Virus record (IMG/VR): IMGVR_UViG_3300032242_001844
Source: a virus
Length of the DNA: 64,000 nt
Strand: one strand, 5' to 3'
Shown: positions 29,412-39,946 of the stretch, piece after piece
Numbering within the stretch: the first letter of the stretch is position 1
How the letters are laid out: every line of letters begins with the position of its first letter
Notes under the pieces: generated by a model
Databases searched by the model: none
What the model was told of the DNA's origin: nothing
What the model saw: only the letters and a program-made list of their open reading frames with translations
Translations under genes and position numbers: made by a program

Positions 29412-30323
29412 ATGCGCGTTGATGATATAGACCAGCTTACATATTTTCATGATAAACTTAATCCACAACTGTGGGATAATAATCGCTTGAAGCCGCAAGT
29501 TCGTCTTGCTCTTTTTAAAATTGCTAAAGAGTTCATCGCTTTTATTAACATTGCAGATATTAAACTAACTGATATTACTGTTAGCGGTAGCAATGCTTCA
29601 TTTAATTACACTTCAATGAGCGACATAGATTTGCATTTAATTGCAGATATTAATGGTCCATGTGAAGTAGACCTTAAAGAAATGTTTCTTGCTAAGAAAA
29701 GTGCGTTTAATGATCAGCATGACATATCTATATTTGGTCATTCCGTCGAAGTATATGTACAGAACAGTGATGAAAAACATATCTCTAATGGCATATATAG
29801 CGTATATGATGATAATTGGGTAAAATTTCCAAAGAAAATTACAGCAACGCCTGACACTTCTAATATTGAAGACAAGTATGAATATCTTCATAATGAAATT
29901 GATCAAGCAATAGACAGCGGTGATAGCGAAACAATTAATAGATTAAAGAAAAAAATTAAAACGATGCGCCAAAGTGGTCTTGAAAAAGATGGTGAATTTG
30001 GTGTTGATAACCTTGCATTTAAATTGCTACGCAATGTTGGCGATATAGAAAAATTATATAAAGCTGGAACTCAAGCAACCGATGTTGAATTAAGTATAAG
30101 TGAAGGTAATGCTTTCTTAGGTGCATTAAATACTGCTAGAAAAAATAATTTAGAATATTTTATAGTTGATGGAAAAAAATACAAAGTTAAAAAAAATAAA
30201 AAATTAGTTAAAGAAGAAGAACTATTAGAGAAGTGGAGCAAAAAGTACAAAAGTAGTATAAATTGTTCTCGTCCAAAAGGTTTTAGTCAACAGGCACACT
30301 GTGCTGGTCGTAAAAAGAAATAA
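29412..30323 (+). CDS. Pol-beta superfamily nucleotidyltransferase with C-terminal basic mini-modules
   Basis: SGS.ASFNY...SDIDLH, VEVYVQ, R..GL...GEF...NL.FK.LR. Confidence 0.8.
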   Translation: MRVDDIDQLTYFHDKLNPQLWDNNRLKPQVRLALFKIAKEFIAFINIADIKLTDITVSGSNASFNYTSMSDIDLHLIADINGPCEVDLKEMFLAKKSAFNDQHDISIFGHSVEVYVQNSDEKHISNGIYSVYDDNWVKFPKKITATPDTSNIEDKYEYLHNEIDQAIDSGDSETINRLKKKIKTMRQSGLEKDGEFGVDNLAFKLLRNVGDIEKLYKAGTQATDVELSISEGNAFLGALNTARKNNLEYFIVDGKKYKVKKNKKLVKEEELLEKWSKKYKSSINCSRPKGFSQQAHCAGRKKK

Positions 30324-30340
30324 ATAACACGGAGCGATAA

Positions 30341-30679
30341 ATGTTTAATGCTACAAATGCCAGAATTGCAAGTGTTGATAGTGTAGTTGTTGAAACTGAA
30401 CTTGCGTTAATTAATATTAATATTATTAATGCTGTTGACAATAACCAAACATCTGTTCAGATTAAAGGCAATACATATACCATGGTAAGTGGCGCAAATA
30501 TTGCTGGTACCCCAATGACTCTTGATCCAAATTATTACAGCACTTGGCAAACTACAAATAGTAACTTATTATGCGCTGCTCAAATGACCGCTGTTATAAA
30601 CAATTTTTCTGCATTAGGTTATACTGTAAGTCGTCTAAGTCTAGATGGGACGCATATATCTTGGCAGATTAGCTGGTAA
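30341..30679 (+). CDS. Putative virion protein
   Basis: Late motif, GGAG SD; F..LGY.V, C-terminal W.I.W. Confidence 0.55.
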   Translation: MFNATNARIASVDSVVVETELALININIINAVDNNQTSVQIKGNTYTMVSGANIAGTPMTLDPNYYSTWQTTNSNLLCAAQMTAVINNFSALGYTVSRLSLDGTHISWQISW

Positions 30680-30722
30680 AAAAACCACTTGACATCTGGC
30701 AATTTTGTGTTATATTAATAAT

Positions 30723-31418
30723 ATGACAAATCCATATGTAACGCACAATCCGCTGTATGATTATAAACAAATCACACGAAAAGAAACTGTTGAAGGTCGT
30801 AGATATCAAACGCCAGAAGGCGATGTTGTTGCTAGCGTAACCACCATTCTTGATAAGACAAAGAGTGAAGAAAAGAAGAAATCATTATACGAGTGGAAAA
30901 AGCGTGTAGGTACGGTAAAAGCACAAGCTATTACTACTGAAGCCGCTGGTCGTGGAACTTCAATGCATAAGCAGTTAGAAAATTGGCTTGAAACTGGAGA
31001 ATTAAAAACAGGCAGTAATTTAGTTCATGCTGATGCTGCTAAGATGGCAACTACTATCATTGAAAATTATATGAAAGGTCAGATGCAAGAGTATTGGGGC
31101 ATGGAAACTGCGCTATACTATCCGCAACTTTATGCTGGCACAACTGACCTTGTAGGTGTTTATAATGGTAAACCAAGTATTATAGACTATAAACAAACTA
31201 ATAAGCCTAAGAAAACTGAATGGATTTCGGATTACTTTATCCAAGGTGCCGCATATGCTGCTGCACATAACGAGTTGTTTGGCACAGACATATCACAAAT
31301 TGTAATCTTAATGTGTAGTAAAGACTGTGAACCACAGCGTTGGATTATTTGTGGTGAAGAGTTTGATAAATGGACAGAAATTTGGTGGGACAGACTTTGG
31401 CAGTTCTATGCTGAATAA
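30723..31418 (+). CDS. PD-(D/E)XK exonuclease
   Basis: SVTTIL, RGT.MH, E..L, AGTTD, IIDYKQ, Y..Q..AY. Confidence 0.88.
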   Translation: MTNPYVTHNPLYDYKQITRKETVEGRRYQTPEGDVVASVTTILDKTKSEEKKKSLYEWKKRVGTVKAQAITTEAAGRGTSMHKQLENWLETGELKTGSNLVHADAAKMATTIIENYMKGQMQEYWGMETALYYPQLYAGTTDLVGVYNGKPSIIDYKQTNKPKKTEWISDYFIQGAAYAAAHNELFGTDISQIVILMCSKDCEPQRWIICGEEFDKWTEIWWDRLWQFYAE

Positions 31419-31449
31419 CCATAAATATCTCTAAAGAGAGATATTCCAT

Positions 31450-34400
31450 ATGGCAATCGTTCAAATTTCCCGTATAGCCCATCGCAGCGGTCTACTAGAA
31501 AATTTACCACAACTAGCTAAAGCTGAACTTGGCTACAGCGTTGATCAACGCCGTCTTTTTATTGGTAATGGTCAACTTGTTGATGGTGCACCAGAAACTG
31601 GCAATACAGAAATTCTTACTGAGTACAGCGATATCTTAAATTTAGCTAATAGCTATACCTTTAAGAATAATGACGCTGGTTATAACCCACAAACAGGAAA
31701 TGCTAAAGCACAATATAATGCCATAGCTTGGAATGGAACAATATATGTTGCAGTTGGTACTTCTGGTCACATTCTAACTAGTACAGATGCTATAAACTGG
31801 AATAATACTAACAGTGGCACAACTAGTGATTTATTAGGCGTTACTTACGGTCTAAATTATTTTGTGGCAGTTGGTGCTAACGGTACAGTTCTTTATAGTA
31901 GCAATGGCACAGTTTGGAATCAAGGCACACAGACTTATAGTTCATCAGTATCATATACAAGTGGAACAGTTGTTAGCTATAGTGGTAATTCATACCTTTG
32001 TATAGCTACCACTACTGCTGGTATTCTTCCAACTAACACAACTTTTTGGACACTACTAGCATCTGGTGGTGCAATTACATATACCTCAATTAACGATGTT
32101 ACATTTGGTAATGGAATTTTTGTTCTTGTTACTCTATTGGGCGGTATCTTTACTAGTGTTAATGGCATTACTTGGCAATCACGAACAAGTGGTGTATCTG
32201 TGCCGCTTAATGCAATAACATATGCTAATGGAACATATGTTGCTGTTGGTAAAACTGGTACAGTTGTTTATAGTACAGATGCAGTTACTTGGACAAACCA
32301 AAGTATAACTAGCTTTGATTTACTTGGTATAAGATATTTGACAACAGGCGGCGGCAGTTCTTATATTGCTACTGCAACTAATAACAAAGTTTATTATAGC
32401 AGTGATGCCATTTCTTGGTATAGATCGCTAGTAGATTCGTTTGTCGGTGTTGCCACTGATGGTACTAGTGCATACTCACTAACAAGTTGGGGCGATGTTT
32501 ATAAAAATTCATATGGCGTGTTAAACTATGTTTCTAGCATTGCATCTAATATTGAAAATTTTACTAACATATACTATTCAACAAATGCGTTTATGGCACT
32601 AACTGGCAGTGGTGGTATCTATGTGAGCGCAGATGCTATTACATGGACAACTCTTTCAAGTGGTGTTGTTACTTCTCTTAATTCAACTTATTATGATGGA
32701 ACAACTTCTTGGGTAACTGTTGGCAATAACGGTGTAATCTTAACTAATACAACGATCTCAACCACTGCTACTACAACGGCAAATAGTTCATCAATAACTT
32801 CGGTTGGAAATCTTACTATTGCCAATGGGCAGTATATTGTTGGTGCTGGTATTCCAGCAAATACTACAGTAGTAAGTGGTGCAGGAACTGGTACTTTAAT
32901 ATTAAGTAAACCTGTAACAACAACTGGAACTGCTGTAACTATTGTTGCTTTTTCTACTTTTGCTAGCAGCACAAGCGGAATATCAACAAACTTAAATGGC
33001 ATTAACAGAATACCTAGTTTATCTTGGATAGCTGTTGGCGATGATGGTATAGTACTTACTAGTCCAAATACAACAACTTGGACTGCTCAATCAAGTGGTC
33101 TTACTACAGATATTCGTAATATTACTGTTGCGAATCTAGGTGGCGGTACTTATAGGGCAATTGCAGTTGGTGTAGGCGGCAAAGGAATCTATAGTGCAAA
33201 TGGAACCGCTTGGTCAATAGCAATAAACAACTCAGCTACAAACCCAAGTGGCTCAACTGTAACACTTAGTGATTTAAATGCAGTAATTTATCAAACCTTT
33301 ACTGCTCCTGGCGCAGGTAGTCCTACTAGTTTGTATACTGTAGTGGGTGACAATGGTATTATTGCAACAAGTACAAATGGCACGACATGGAGCACTGCTA
33401 CTACATATACGAATAGCAATTTTTTAAATATTATATACACTGGAACTTATTTCTTTGCAGTTGGTGATACTGGTTTAACATATTTGGCAAGTCAAAATTC
33501 TGTAACTTGGACTCCCACAAGCGTTTACTATGGTTCGAACCTATTGGCACCAAACTTAAATGATGCAGCGACAAGTGCTTCTTATAGTGTATTGGGTGGT
33601 CAATATGGTTATCTTTATCATGCAAGTAATCAATATGTTTACTGGAGAAATGTTGTTCAGTACCTAAACTATACAACTGATGCGCTGTTATATAATGCGG
33701 GTCAATTTATTGCAGTAGGTGCTGCTGGACAGATATCAAACAGCGTTAACGGCATTACTTGGACTAGTCAAAGCTATACTTTTGGCAATAGCAGCACTAT
33801 TCGTAAATTACAAGATAAACTTGATGATTTCGTCAGTGTAAAAGATTTTGGCGCAAGAGGCGATGGCGTAACTGATGACACTGAAGCTATTAATCGCGCA
33901 CTTTATGAAATTTATTGCCGCACATCTAGCTACCCTGCGAAAAAAAGATTATATTTTCCTGCAGGAAATTATATTGTAAGTGGCAGTATAAATGTTCCTT
34001 CTAATGCTAGAATTACAGGAGAAGGAACATATAATACACAAATTACACAAACCGCAAACCCATACATTTATCCATATATTACTTGGGTTATGTATACTGC
34101 AGATAATAAACAACAGATTCAAAATCTCATTGGTTTGAACGGAGCTGGTCTGCCAAATGATATTACTATCAGTGATCTGACACTAAAAAGTCTTAATGAT
34201 GGCATCATTGTTGATAGTGCAAGTCGTGTAACATTAGATAATGTTCGTCTGCAAGGACCAATAACATCTGTAACAGCCTTAACTGATAGTATATCTGGAA
34301 ACATAACTTCAGCCGTAAAGATATTGGGTAGAAGTTTAACATTTCCAAGTGATGTTAATTTAGTAGATTGTTTGCTTACTGGTTTCAATGTTGGATTATA

Positions 34401-35103
34401 TGTACCTGCTAATCAAAGCGCAAGCAATGCATTGATGGATAGCTGTACATTTAACAACTTATATAATGGCGTTTACCTAGTAGGTAGCAGCGCAAAAGGT
34501 ATTACTCTTAGTAATAGTGTAATGGACCAAATTTATTCATATGGCGCTTATATAACAAATGCCACTAACTTTGTTAGCTTTGCAAATTATTACAAAGATG
34601 TTGGCGATAGTTTAAATGGCGCTAGCAGCCCAGTAGTACCAGTTGTATATTTTGACTCAGCTACTGCGATTGGTTGCGCATCAGTTGGTGATAGTTTTGA
34701 TAGAACTGATACCAATCGTGTTACTGAAACAGCAAATTCTGTAGATTGGAATTATAATGTTGGTCTTCGACTTGGAACTGAACACCATCTTATGGGGCAG
34801 TCGTTAGTGCTTGCAGCAAGCACTACTTCAAGATTAGGAACTAATTTTTATAGTGTCGCTAGTCAAGTTGTTGGTTTGTTGGTAGATTATACCATATACA
34901 GAAACAGCGGAAGTCAAGTTAGAACTGGTATGCTAAAATTAAGTGTCACTCCAACTGGAGTTTATAGTATAGAAGATGATGGAACACAAAATGCTGATAC
35001 AGGAGTTACGCTTGGATTTGACGGAACCGACATAACTTATACATCAGACGCAAATGGAACTGGTCTCATCAATTATGCTATTAGATACTTGGAAATGCTA
35101 TAA
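31450..35103 (+). CDS. Tail fibre/tailspike: beta-propeller repeats, CBM-like insert and pectate-lyase-like beta-helix
   Basis: MAIVQISRI..R.G N-terminus; repeated FVAVG..G....S.DG..W; SVKDFGA.GDGVTDDT.AI..A...LYFPAG.Y. Confidence 0.85.
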   Translation: MAIVQISRIAHRSGLLENLPQLAKAELGYSVDQRRLFIGNGQLVDGAPETGNTEILTEYSDILNLANSYTFKNNDAGYNPQTGNAKAQYNAIAWNGTIYVAVGTSGHILTSTDAINWNNTNSGTTSDLLGVTYGLNYFVAVGANGTVLYSSNGTVWNQGTQTYSSSVSYTSGTVVSYSGNSYLCIATTTAGILPTNTTFWTLLASGGAITYTSINDVTFGNGIFVLVTLLGGIFTSVNGITWQSRTSGVSVPLNAITYANGTYVAVGKTGTVVYSTDAVTWTNQSITSFDLLGIRYLTTGGGSSYIATATNNKVYYSSDAISWYRSLVDSFVGVATDGTSAYSLTSWGDVYKNSYGVLNYVSSIASNIENFTNIYYSTNAFMALTGSGGIYVSADAITWTTLSSGVVTSLNSTYYDGTTSWVTVGNNGVILTNTTISTTATTTANSSSITSVGNLTIANGQYIVGAGIPANTTVVSGAGTGTLILSKPVTTTGTAVTIVAFSTFASSTSGISTNLNGINRIPSLSWIAVGDDGIVLTSPNTTTWTAQSSGLTTDIRNITVANLGGGTYRAIAVGVGGKGIYSANGTAWSIAINNSATNPSGSTVTLSDLNAVIYQTFTAPGAGSPTSLYTVVGDNGIIATSTNGTTWSTATTYTNSNFLNIIYTGTYFFAVGDTGLTYLASQNSVTWTPTSVYYGSNLLAPNLNDAATSASYSVLGGQYGYLYHASNQYVYWRNVVQYLNYTTDALLYNAGQFIAVGAAGQISNSVNGITWTSQSYTFGNSSTIRKLQDKLDDFVSVKDFGARGDGVTDDTEAINRALYEIYCRTSSYPAKKRLYFPAGNYIVSGSINVPSNARITGEGTYNTQITQTANPYIYPYITWVMYTADNKQQIQNLIGLNGAGLPNDITISDLTLKSLNDGIIVDSASRVTLDNVRLQGPITSVTALTDSISGNITSAVKILGRSLTFPSDVNLVDCLLTGFNVGLYVPANQSASNALMDSCTFNNLYNGVYLVGSSAKGITLSNSVMDQIYSYGAYITNATNFVSFANYYKDVGDSLNGASSPVVPVVYFDSATAIGCASVGDSFDRTDTNRVTETANSVDWNYNVGLRLGTEHHLMGQSLVLAASTTSRLGTNFYSVASQVVGLLVDYTIYRNSGSQVRTGMLKLSVTPTGVYSIEDDGTQNADTGVTLGFDGTDITYTSDANGTGLINYAIRYLEML

Positions 35104-35533
35104 CTGGTTTAACGGCAAATCAGAAAATAAAATACTAGCTTGGCGAGAATATCGTCGTAATATTAAACAACATCACTTAGAAACAGTAGCCCAATCTTGG
35201 GCTACTTGTCCTATTATTTCAAATTATCTTGAATACGATGATTCTAGACACTGGCCTGATCCTTGGACTCTTGTCAGTGAAGGAAATTATTGTGATTTAG
35301 CTCGTGCGTTGGGAATGTATTACACTTTATATTATACTTCTTATCCATTTCGTGATACAATGGCTATTGAAGTTTATAGAGACAGAGAAAAACATGAATA
35401 CCTTAATTTAGTCAGATGCGAAGGTGGATTATATACGCTTAATTACAGCTTAGGTGAGGTTGTAAATAACCTCACGATCAGTCCATCAGCAGAATTGATT
35501 AATCGTGCAAATTACAAAAATTTACCAGTTTGA
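35075..35533 (+). CDS. Hypothetical protein, possible transglutaminase-like fold (start uncertain)
   Basis: WPDPW.L...NYC..ARALGM.YTL. Confidence 0.5.
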   Translation: MLLDTWKCYNWFNGKSENKILAWREYRRNIKQHHLETVAQSWATCPIISNYLEYDDSRHWPDPWTLVSEGNYCDLARALGMYYTLYYTSYPFRDTMAIEVYRDREKHEYLNLVRCEGGLYTLNYSLGEVVNNLTISPSAELINRANYKNLPV

Positions 35534-35544
35534 AAGAGAATAGA

Positions 35545-37851
35545 ATGGCAATCAATGTTACAAAGCGTGATGGTCGCAAGGAACCATTAAATATTGAAAA
35601 ATTACATAAAGTAGTATTTTGGGCAACCGAAAATATCAATGGCGTAAGTGCCAGTGAATTAGAACTACGCAGTCAAATACAATTTTACAACAATATCAAG
35701 ACTTCTGAAATTCAAGAAACAATGATTAAAGCTGCTGCTGATCTTATTAGTGAAGAAACACCCAATTATCAGTATGTTGCAGGTCGCCTTGTAAATTACC
35801 ATCTTCGTAAAGAAGTATATAACAATTATTTTCCTCTACCATTGATTGACATTATCAAGAAGAATGTAGAAATTGGTTTCTATGAAGCTAATCTACTAAC
35901 AGATTATACTGAAGAAGAATGGGCAACCATTAATAAATTTATAGATCACGAGCGTGACTGCACACTTTCTTATGTTGCTATGGAACAACTTCGTGGAAAG
36001 TATTTGGTACAGAACCGTGTAACTGGACAAATTATGGAAACGCCACAGGTTGCCTATGCGCTTATTGCTGCAACCTTATTTGCCAAGTATCCACAGGATA
36101 CTCGCTTGAAGTATGTGCGTGATTATTATGATGCTATCTCAAAGCATGACATTTCTCTTCCAACTCCTATCATGGCTGGACTGCGCACTCCACAGCGTCA
36201 ATTCTCGTCATGTGTATTGATTGAAACAGGCGACAGCTTAGACAGCATTAATGCGACAAGCAGTGCTATTGTTAAGTATGTCTCACAAAAGGCTGGCATT
36301 GGCATTGGTGCAGGTTCTATTCGTGCTATTGGCAGTGCCATTCGTCGTGGCGATGCTTCTCACACAGGGTTAATTCCATTCTATAAGATGTTCCAAGCAG
36401 CAGTGCGTAGTTGCTCACAGGGCGGCGTTCGTAACGGTGCTGCTACTCTTTACTATCCACTGTGGCACTATGAAATTGAAGACTTGCTTGTGTTAAAAAA
36501 TAACAAGGGAACTGAAGACAATCGTATTCGTCAGATGGATTATGGTGTTCAGTTTAACAAACTTATGTACGAGCGTCTGCTAAGCGGTGGCGATATCACT
36601 TGTTTCTCGCCTAATGATGTACCAGGATTGTATGATGCGTTTTTTGCTGACCAAGATAAGTTTAAGGAAATTTATGAAAAAGCAGAAAAGAATACAAAAA
36701 TTCGCAAGAAAACTTATAAGGCAATTGACCTATTTTCACAGTTCATGGAAGAACGAAAGAACACGGGTCGCATCTATCTAATGAATGTTGACCACGCCAA
36801 TAGCCATGGTGCTTTCATTGAAAGTATTGCACCAATTAAGCAAAGCAATCTATGTGCAGAGATCGCGCTGCCAACCAAACCACTTAATCATATCTTTGAT
36901 GAAGAAGGTGAAATCTCACTTTGCACACTTAGTGCAATCAATTGGGGCAATGTTAAAGAACCAAAAGACTTTGAACGCATGTGTGACCTTGCGGTGCGTG
37001 GTCTTGATGCGCTACTTGACTATCAAAACTATCCTGTCATTGCAGCACAACTAAGCACAATGAACCGCCGTCCACTTGGCGTTGGTATCATTAACTTTGC
37101 ATATTTTCTTGCCAAGAATGATATGAGTTATAGTGATCCTCGTGCGTTGGCACTCGTTGACGAATATGCAGAAGCATGGTCCTATTATCTTATTCGTGCA
37201 AGCAATCAACTTGCTATTGAAAGGGGTGCTGCACCAAAAAGCAACGAAACCAAGTATGGTAGTGGTATTCTGCCTATTGATACCTATAAGCGTGAAGTTG
37301 ATGAACTTGTGCCGCATGTGGAGCGCATGGATTGGGAATCACTTCGTGCAAGTCTGCGTGAACATGGTATCCGCAATAGTACACTTATGGCACTTATGCC
37401 AGCAGAAACCTCTGCACAGGTTGCTAATGCTACAAACGGCATTGAACCACCACGAAGCCTTATTAGTGTTAAGCAAAGCAAGCATGGCGTATTAAAGCAA
37501 GTTGTTCCAGAGTTTCGTAAGTTAAAGAACAAGTATGAACTACTATGGGATCAGAAATCACCAGAAGGTTATTTGAAACTAGTTGCAGTGTTACAGAAGT
37601 ATATTGACCAAAGTATTTCCACCAACACAAGTTATAATCCAACATTCTATGCGGATGAAAAGATTCCGATGAGTGTTATGATTGGTCACTTACTGCTATG
37701 CTACAAGTATGGTATCAAGACGCTCTATTACTTTAATACATATGATGGTCAGGGCGAAGTTGACATTTCTAAATTAGCACAAGACCAACCATTGTCTGCT
37801 ACGCTTGCTGCTCTTGATGACCAAGAAAACTGTGAAAGTTGCACTATATGA
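35545..37851 (+). CDS. nrdA: Class Ia ribonucleotide reductase alpha subunit
   Basis: ATP cone VTKRDG, QFSSC, SNLCAEI, KTLYY, C-terminal CESC. Confidence 0.97.
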   Translation: MAINVTKRDGRKEPLNIEKLHKVVFWATENINGVSASELELRSQIQFYNNIKTSEIQETMIKAAADLISEETPNYQYVAGRLVNYHLRKEVYNNYFPLPLIDIIKKNVEIGFYEANLLTDYTEEEWATINKFIDHERDCTLSYVAMEQLRGKYLVQNRVTGQIMETPQVAYALIAATLFAKYPQDTRLKYVRDYYDAISKHDISLPTPIMAGLRTPQRQFSSCVLIETGDSLDSINATSSAIVKYVSQKAGIGIGAGSIRAIGSAIRRGDASHTGLIPFYKMFQAAVRSCSQGGVRNGAATLYYPLWHYEIEDLLVLKNNKGTEDNRIRQMDYGVQFNKLMYERLLSGGDITCFSPNDVPGLYDAFFADQDKFKEIYEKAEKNTKIRKKTYKAIDLFSQFMEERKNTGRIYLMNVDHANSHGAFIESIAPIKQSNLCAEIALPTKPLNHIFDEEGEISLCTLSAINWGNVKEPKDFERMCDLAVRGLDALLDYQNYPVIAAQLSTMNRRPLGVGIINFAYFLAKNDMSYSDPRALALVDEYAEAWSYYLIRASNQLAIERGAAPKSNETKYGSGILPIDTYKREVDELVPHVERMDWESLRASLREHGIRNSTLMALMPAETSAQVANATNGIEPPRSLISVKQSKHGVLKQVVPEFRKLKNKYELLWDQKSPEGYLKLVAVLQKYIDQSISTNTSYNPTFYADEKIPMSVMIGHLLLCYKYGIKTLYYFNTYDGQGEVDISKLAQDQPLSATLAALDDQENCESCTI

Positions 37852-38552
37852 AACTAGCAGTTTGTGGCTGTAGTTTTAGTGCCCTTGTTCCTAGTGTACC
37901 AAACACCCATTGGAGTGAAATACTAGCTAACAAAATAGGTGCAGAATTACATAACTTTGCAAGAAATGGAATTAGCAATGATGCTATACGGGTTCAAATA
38001 GATGAAGCAATTGCTATAAATCCTGATCTTATTATAGTTAGTTCTACTTCAAGCGATAGAATCACAATTCCTAGTCATCCAAATACAGAGTCAAGTGGTA
38101 AAATTACTTTACAACATTTTAATTATAAAGAAAATGTTAATAGTCACCTAATAAGTAATCACTTTAATACTTTTTTACGAAATGCCAGCCCTCGCATAAA
38201 AGCTTTAAACATGAAAACTAAGGCAGCTATATTAGGATATATTGAATGTCTGCATGATTTAAATTGGAAAAAACAACTAGATAATTATATTATAAGGGAT
38301 GGTCTTTGGACGCTGCATGATCTTGGTATTAATTTTTATTATAACCCATATTATGAAATTTCAGAAGAACTTGATATGCCGCAGTGGTTTAAAGAACGAT
38401 ACTTTTTACCTGAACATTTAAGATTTTCAAAATTATGTAATTTTTTTAAATTAAAAGAAGAAAATGATCCTGGTTATCATATCTCTTACAAAGGTCAACT
38501 GTTTTTTGCTAAAAACATTTATAAATTGATTAAACAACAAAATATAGTATAA
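37848..38552 (+). CDS. SGNH-like hypothetical protein inserted between nrdA and nrdB
   Basis: GCSFS, N.A..G.SN, DP.YH....Q; AT-rich. Confidence 0.55.
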   Translation: MKLAVCGCSFSALVPSVPNTHWSEILANKIGAELHNFARNGISNDAIRVQIDEAIAINPDLIIVSSTSSDRITIPSHPNTESSGKITLQHFNYKENVNSHLISNHFNTFLRNASPRIKALNMKTKAAILGYIECLHDLNWKKQLDNYIIRDGLWTLHDLGINFYYNPYYEISEELDMPQWFKERYFLPEHLRFSKLCNFFKLKEENDPGYHISYKGQLFFAKNIYKLIKQQNIV

Positions 38553-38574
38553 TAACTAAAATTGAGGTAAAAAA

Positions 38575-39672
38575 ATGAGCACAGTATTTGACGCAAATGA
38601 TAAGAGCGACCACACTAAGTCGCTGGCATTCCTAGACCCCAACGGTGGAGTAAGTATCCAACGATATGACACGCTAAAGTATAAACAGTTTGATAAACTT
38701 ACTGATAAACAATTGGGATTTTTTTGGCGACCAGAAGAAATTGATATTCTTCGTGATGCTAAAGATTTTAAAGATTTATCCCCAAATGAACAGCATATCT
38801 TTACAAGTAATCTAAAGCGTCAAATTCTACTTGATAGCGTTCAAGGCCGTGCACCAGCCGTAGCGTTTGGTCCTATCTGTTCACTGCCAGAATTAGAAAC
38901 TTGGATCACTACTTGGACATTTAGTGAAACTATCCACTCTCGTTCTTATACTCATATCATTCGTAATGTGTATGCTAACCCATCAAAAATCTTTGATGAA
39001 ATGATGGATATCCAAGAAATTGTTGATTGTGCTGGCGATATTACCGCACTGTATGATAAGTTAATTGAAATGAATAATAATCATGCTCTTACGCAGCAAA
39101 CAAATTCATACGAACATAAAAAAGCACTTTGGCTTGCACTTATGAGTGTGAACATTCTTGAAGGTGTTCGCTTTTATGTTTCATTTGCTTGCAGTTGGGC
39201 ATTTGCTGAATTGAAGAAGATGGAAGGAAATGCCAAAATTATCAAGTTGATTGCTCGTGATGAAAATCTGCATCTCGCTGGTACACAAACCTTACTAAAA
39301 CTGCTACCTAAAGATGATCCTGATTATGCCAAGATTGAAGTAGAGTGTCGTGATGATGCAATCAAGTTGTTTAATGATGCTGTCAATCAAGAAAAAGCAT
39401 GGGCGCAATACCTGTTTAAGGATGGTTCTATGATTGGTCTTAACTATCAACTACTTGCTGAATATGTTGAGTTTATTGCTAACAAGCGTATGCAAGCAGT
39501 TGGTCTTGGTCAGCCATATCCGACAAAGAATAATCCACTGCCTTGGACACAGAAGTGGATTGCTGGTGCAGAAGTTCAAGTGGCTCCACAAGAAGTCGAA
39601 GTGAGTTCGTATGTTATTGGTGGCACTGTGCAAGATGTAGATAGCAACTCATTCAACGGATTTAGTTTATAA
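38575..39672 (+). CDS. nrdB: Class Ia ribonucleotide reductase beta subunit
   Basis: FFWRPEE, LDSVQGR, ETIHSRSY, LEGVRFY, RDENLH, VAPQE.E..SY. Confidence 0.97.
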   Translation: MSTVFDANDKSDHTKSLAFLDPNGGVSIQRYDTLKYKQFDKLTDKQLGFFWRPEEIDILRDAKDFKDLSPNEQHIFTSNLKRQILLDSVQGRAPAVAFGPICSLPELETWITTWTFSETIHSRSYTHIIRNVYANPSKIFDEMMDIQEIVDCAGDITALYDKLIEMNNNHALTQQTNSYEHKKALWLALMSVNILEGVRFYVSFACSWAFAELKKMEGNAKIIKLIARDENLHLAGTQTLLKLLPKDDPDYAKIEVECRDDAIKLFNDAVNQEKAWAQYLFKDGSMIGLNYQLLAEYVEFIANKRMQAVGLGQPYPTKNNPLPWTQKWIAGAEVQVAPQEVEVSSYVIGGTVQDVDSNSFNGFSL

Positions 39673-39685
39673 AGAGGAATAATCA

Positions 39686-39946
39686 ATGATTACATTATAT
39701 ACAAAAGATAACTGCCCATATTGCGATGGCGCAAAGCACCTACTTACTAGTTGGGGTGAAGAATATGTAGAAGTTCATATCAATGACTATGGTATTCGTG
39801 ATTGGTTAGTAGCCGAAGGTCATAAGACCGTGCCGCAGATTTACTTCAACGACAAACTTTTAGTAGAGGGTGGTTATAGTGGACTAAGTAAATTGTCTAT
39901 CAACGAATTACAGGAAAAAAAGCGTGTTATTACAGAAAACAACTGA
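39686..39946 (+). CDS. Glutaredoxin
   Basis: CPYC, TVPQI, GGY. Confidence 0.92.
   Translation: MITLYTKDNCPYCDGAKHLLTSWGEEYVEVHINDYGIRDWLVAEGHKTVPQIYFNDKLLVEGGYSGLSKLSINELQEKKRVITENN

Noticed and set aside
30723-31418. Cas4/CRISPR system
   Set aside because: Generic PD-(D/E)XK nuclease without the Fe-S cysteine set; no repeat-spacer array noticed in the window
35545-39672. Intron, intein or homing endonuclease in nrdA/nrdB
   Set aside because: Both ORFs are uninterrupted and of normal length; the intervening ORF lacks HNH, GIY-YIG and LAGLIDADG motifs
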